DNA from: Fimicolochytrium jonesii
Taxonomy: Eukaryota
Assembly: GCF_025526975.1 (NCBI RefSeq)
Contig: NW_026515668.1
Span: 1,860,001-1,924,000, forward strand
Direction of reading: 5' to 3'
Length of the DNA: 64,000 bases
This document shows positions 63,175-64,000 of this stretch, in pieces (positions within the stretch are counted from its first letter, which is position 1; every line of letters starts with the position of its first letter). Under the pieces are notes generated by a model, which saw only the letters and a program-made list of their open reading frames with translations, was not told where the DNA came from and searched no databases. The position numbers and the translations under genes were made by a program.

Positions 63175-64000
63175 TGCCGGTTGCCCTGTGGTGTGCTGTG
63201 CTGTCCTGTACCGTACCGTGAACTGGTTATCGACTTGCGAGCGCACACAAAGTCCAATGCGGGCAATGTCACTACCTCCGTGAGTTTGCGACGCGCGACT
63301 GTCCAGACTTCAAGGCTTTCAGGGCGGGGTTCCAGAACGTCGCTCGCAAGTGGACTCCCAAAGCAAAGCTACGATGAACGCCGTACAAGAAGACGAACGC
63401 AGCACCGCCCACGCCTCCCAGAAGGACACGCCGCTTCCCCAGTCAGCAGAGGAACTGGGCGATTTCGTAAGTAGTGGCGGGGTGTGATCTCGCGCTTTTG
63501 TAGCGGTATCGTACGATGGCGATAGGGCAACGAAACAAAAGCAAACATACAGCTCAACAAAGTGGGTTTCGACATTTGCAGGTAGCTAAGAGCTTGGCAT
63601 TGATGGTATGATGCTATTAGTTATCACTTTGAGACGCCGCGGTGCTATCGACAGCCAGGTTCTCTGATACGGATATTGATGGATGGGATTTTCAGCAAGA
63701 ACGACTAGCACACGCTTCTAACGAGATGCTATCTAAAAGTGAGTGACGGGAAACAACCTGAATTTGGCGGTTGGACATGCAGATACCTCTGCTGACAAAT
63801 GATCATTGCATGATACCGTTCTGGCAGTGGAGGACATGGGCAGCAGAATCGACACCCTCGAGCGGTCCATCGTAGAAGTGCTGAATCGGTCTGCAGGGGG
63901 GTCAAAGACGAAGGATGGGACGCCAGCAGCGGAAACGCAGGAAACGGAGACATCTGCAACGACGGAATGAATGGGCTGAGGCTCGGAGATGGGAGGGGTT

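Overview
Gene-dense eukaryotic DNA with short GT-AG introns. It is most likely an early-diverging fungus (chytrid-like), inferred from the co-occurrence of fungal MDM12, COX23 and IZH genes with CC2D1/Lgd and coactosin. About 27 intron-aware protein-coding genes were reconstructed by eye: fasciclin, NUP160, RPC11, PAQR, JMJD7, Rieske oxygenase, syntaxin-18/UFE1, CC2D1, TFB1, aminotransferase, secreted protein, lunapark, STE14, COX23, ASNSD1, SDHAF3, PUS1, ATP-grasp-like protein, TMEM184, histidine phosphatase, MDM12, coactosin, two small secreted SH3b-like paralogs and ERG12. There is also a decayed Ty1/copia remnant, a 130-bp Tc1/mariner-type MITE and two pseudogene fragments. Four observations stand out. 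(1) Several longer introns in unrelated genes carry a covarying hairpin motif (stem-GA-GC-loop-GC-GA-stem, often with GNA triloops) on the sense strand, and two pairs of them share near-identical ~30-nt blocks, suggesting an intron-borne mobile or structured element family. (2) The scaffold nucleoporin NUP160 runs in frame into ~1,450 aa of FG repeats. (3) A tandem pair of 99-aa, six-cysteine secreted proteins has a bacterial-SH3-like pattern; one copy uses a GC-AG intron. (4) STE14 carries an N-terminal, apparently catalytically dead duplicate domain. All calls come from reading the sequence; no database searches were run.
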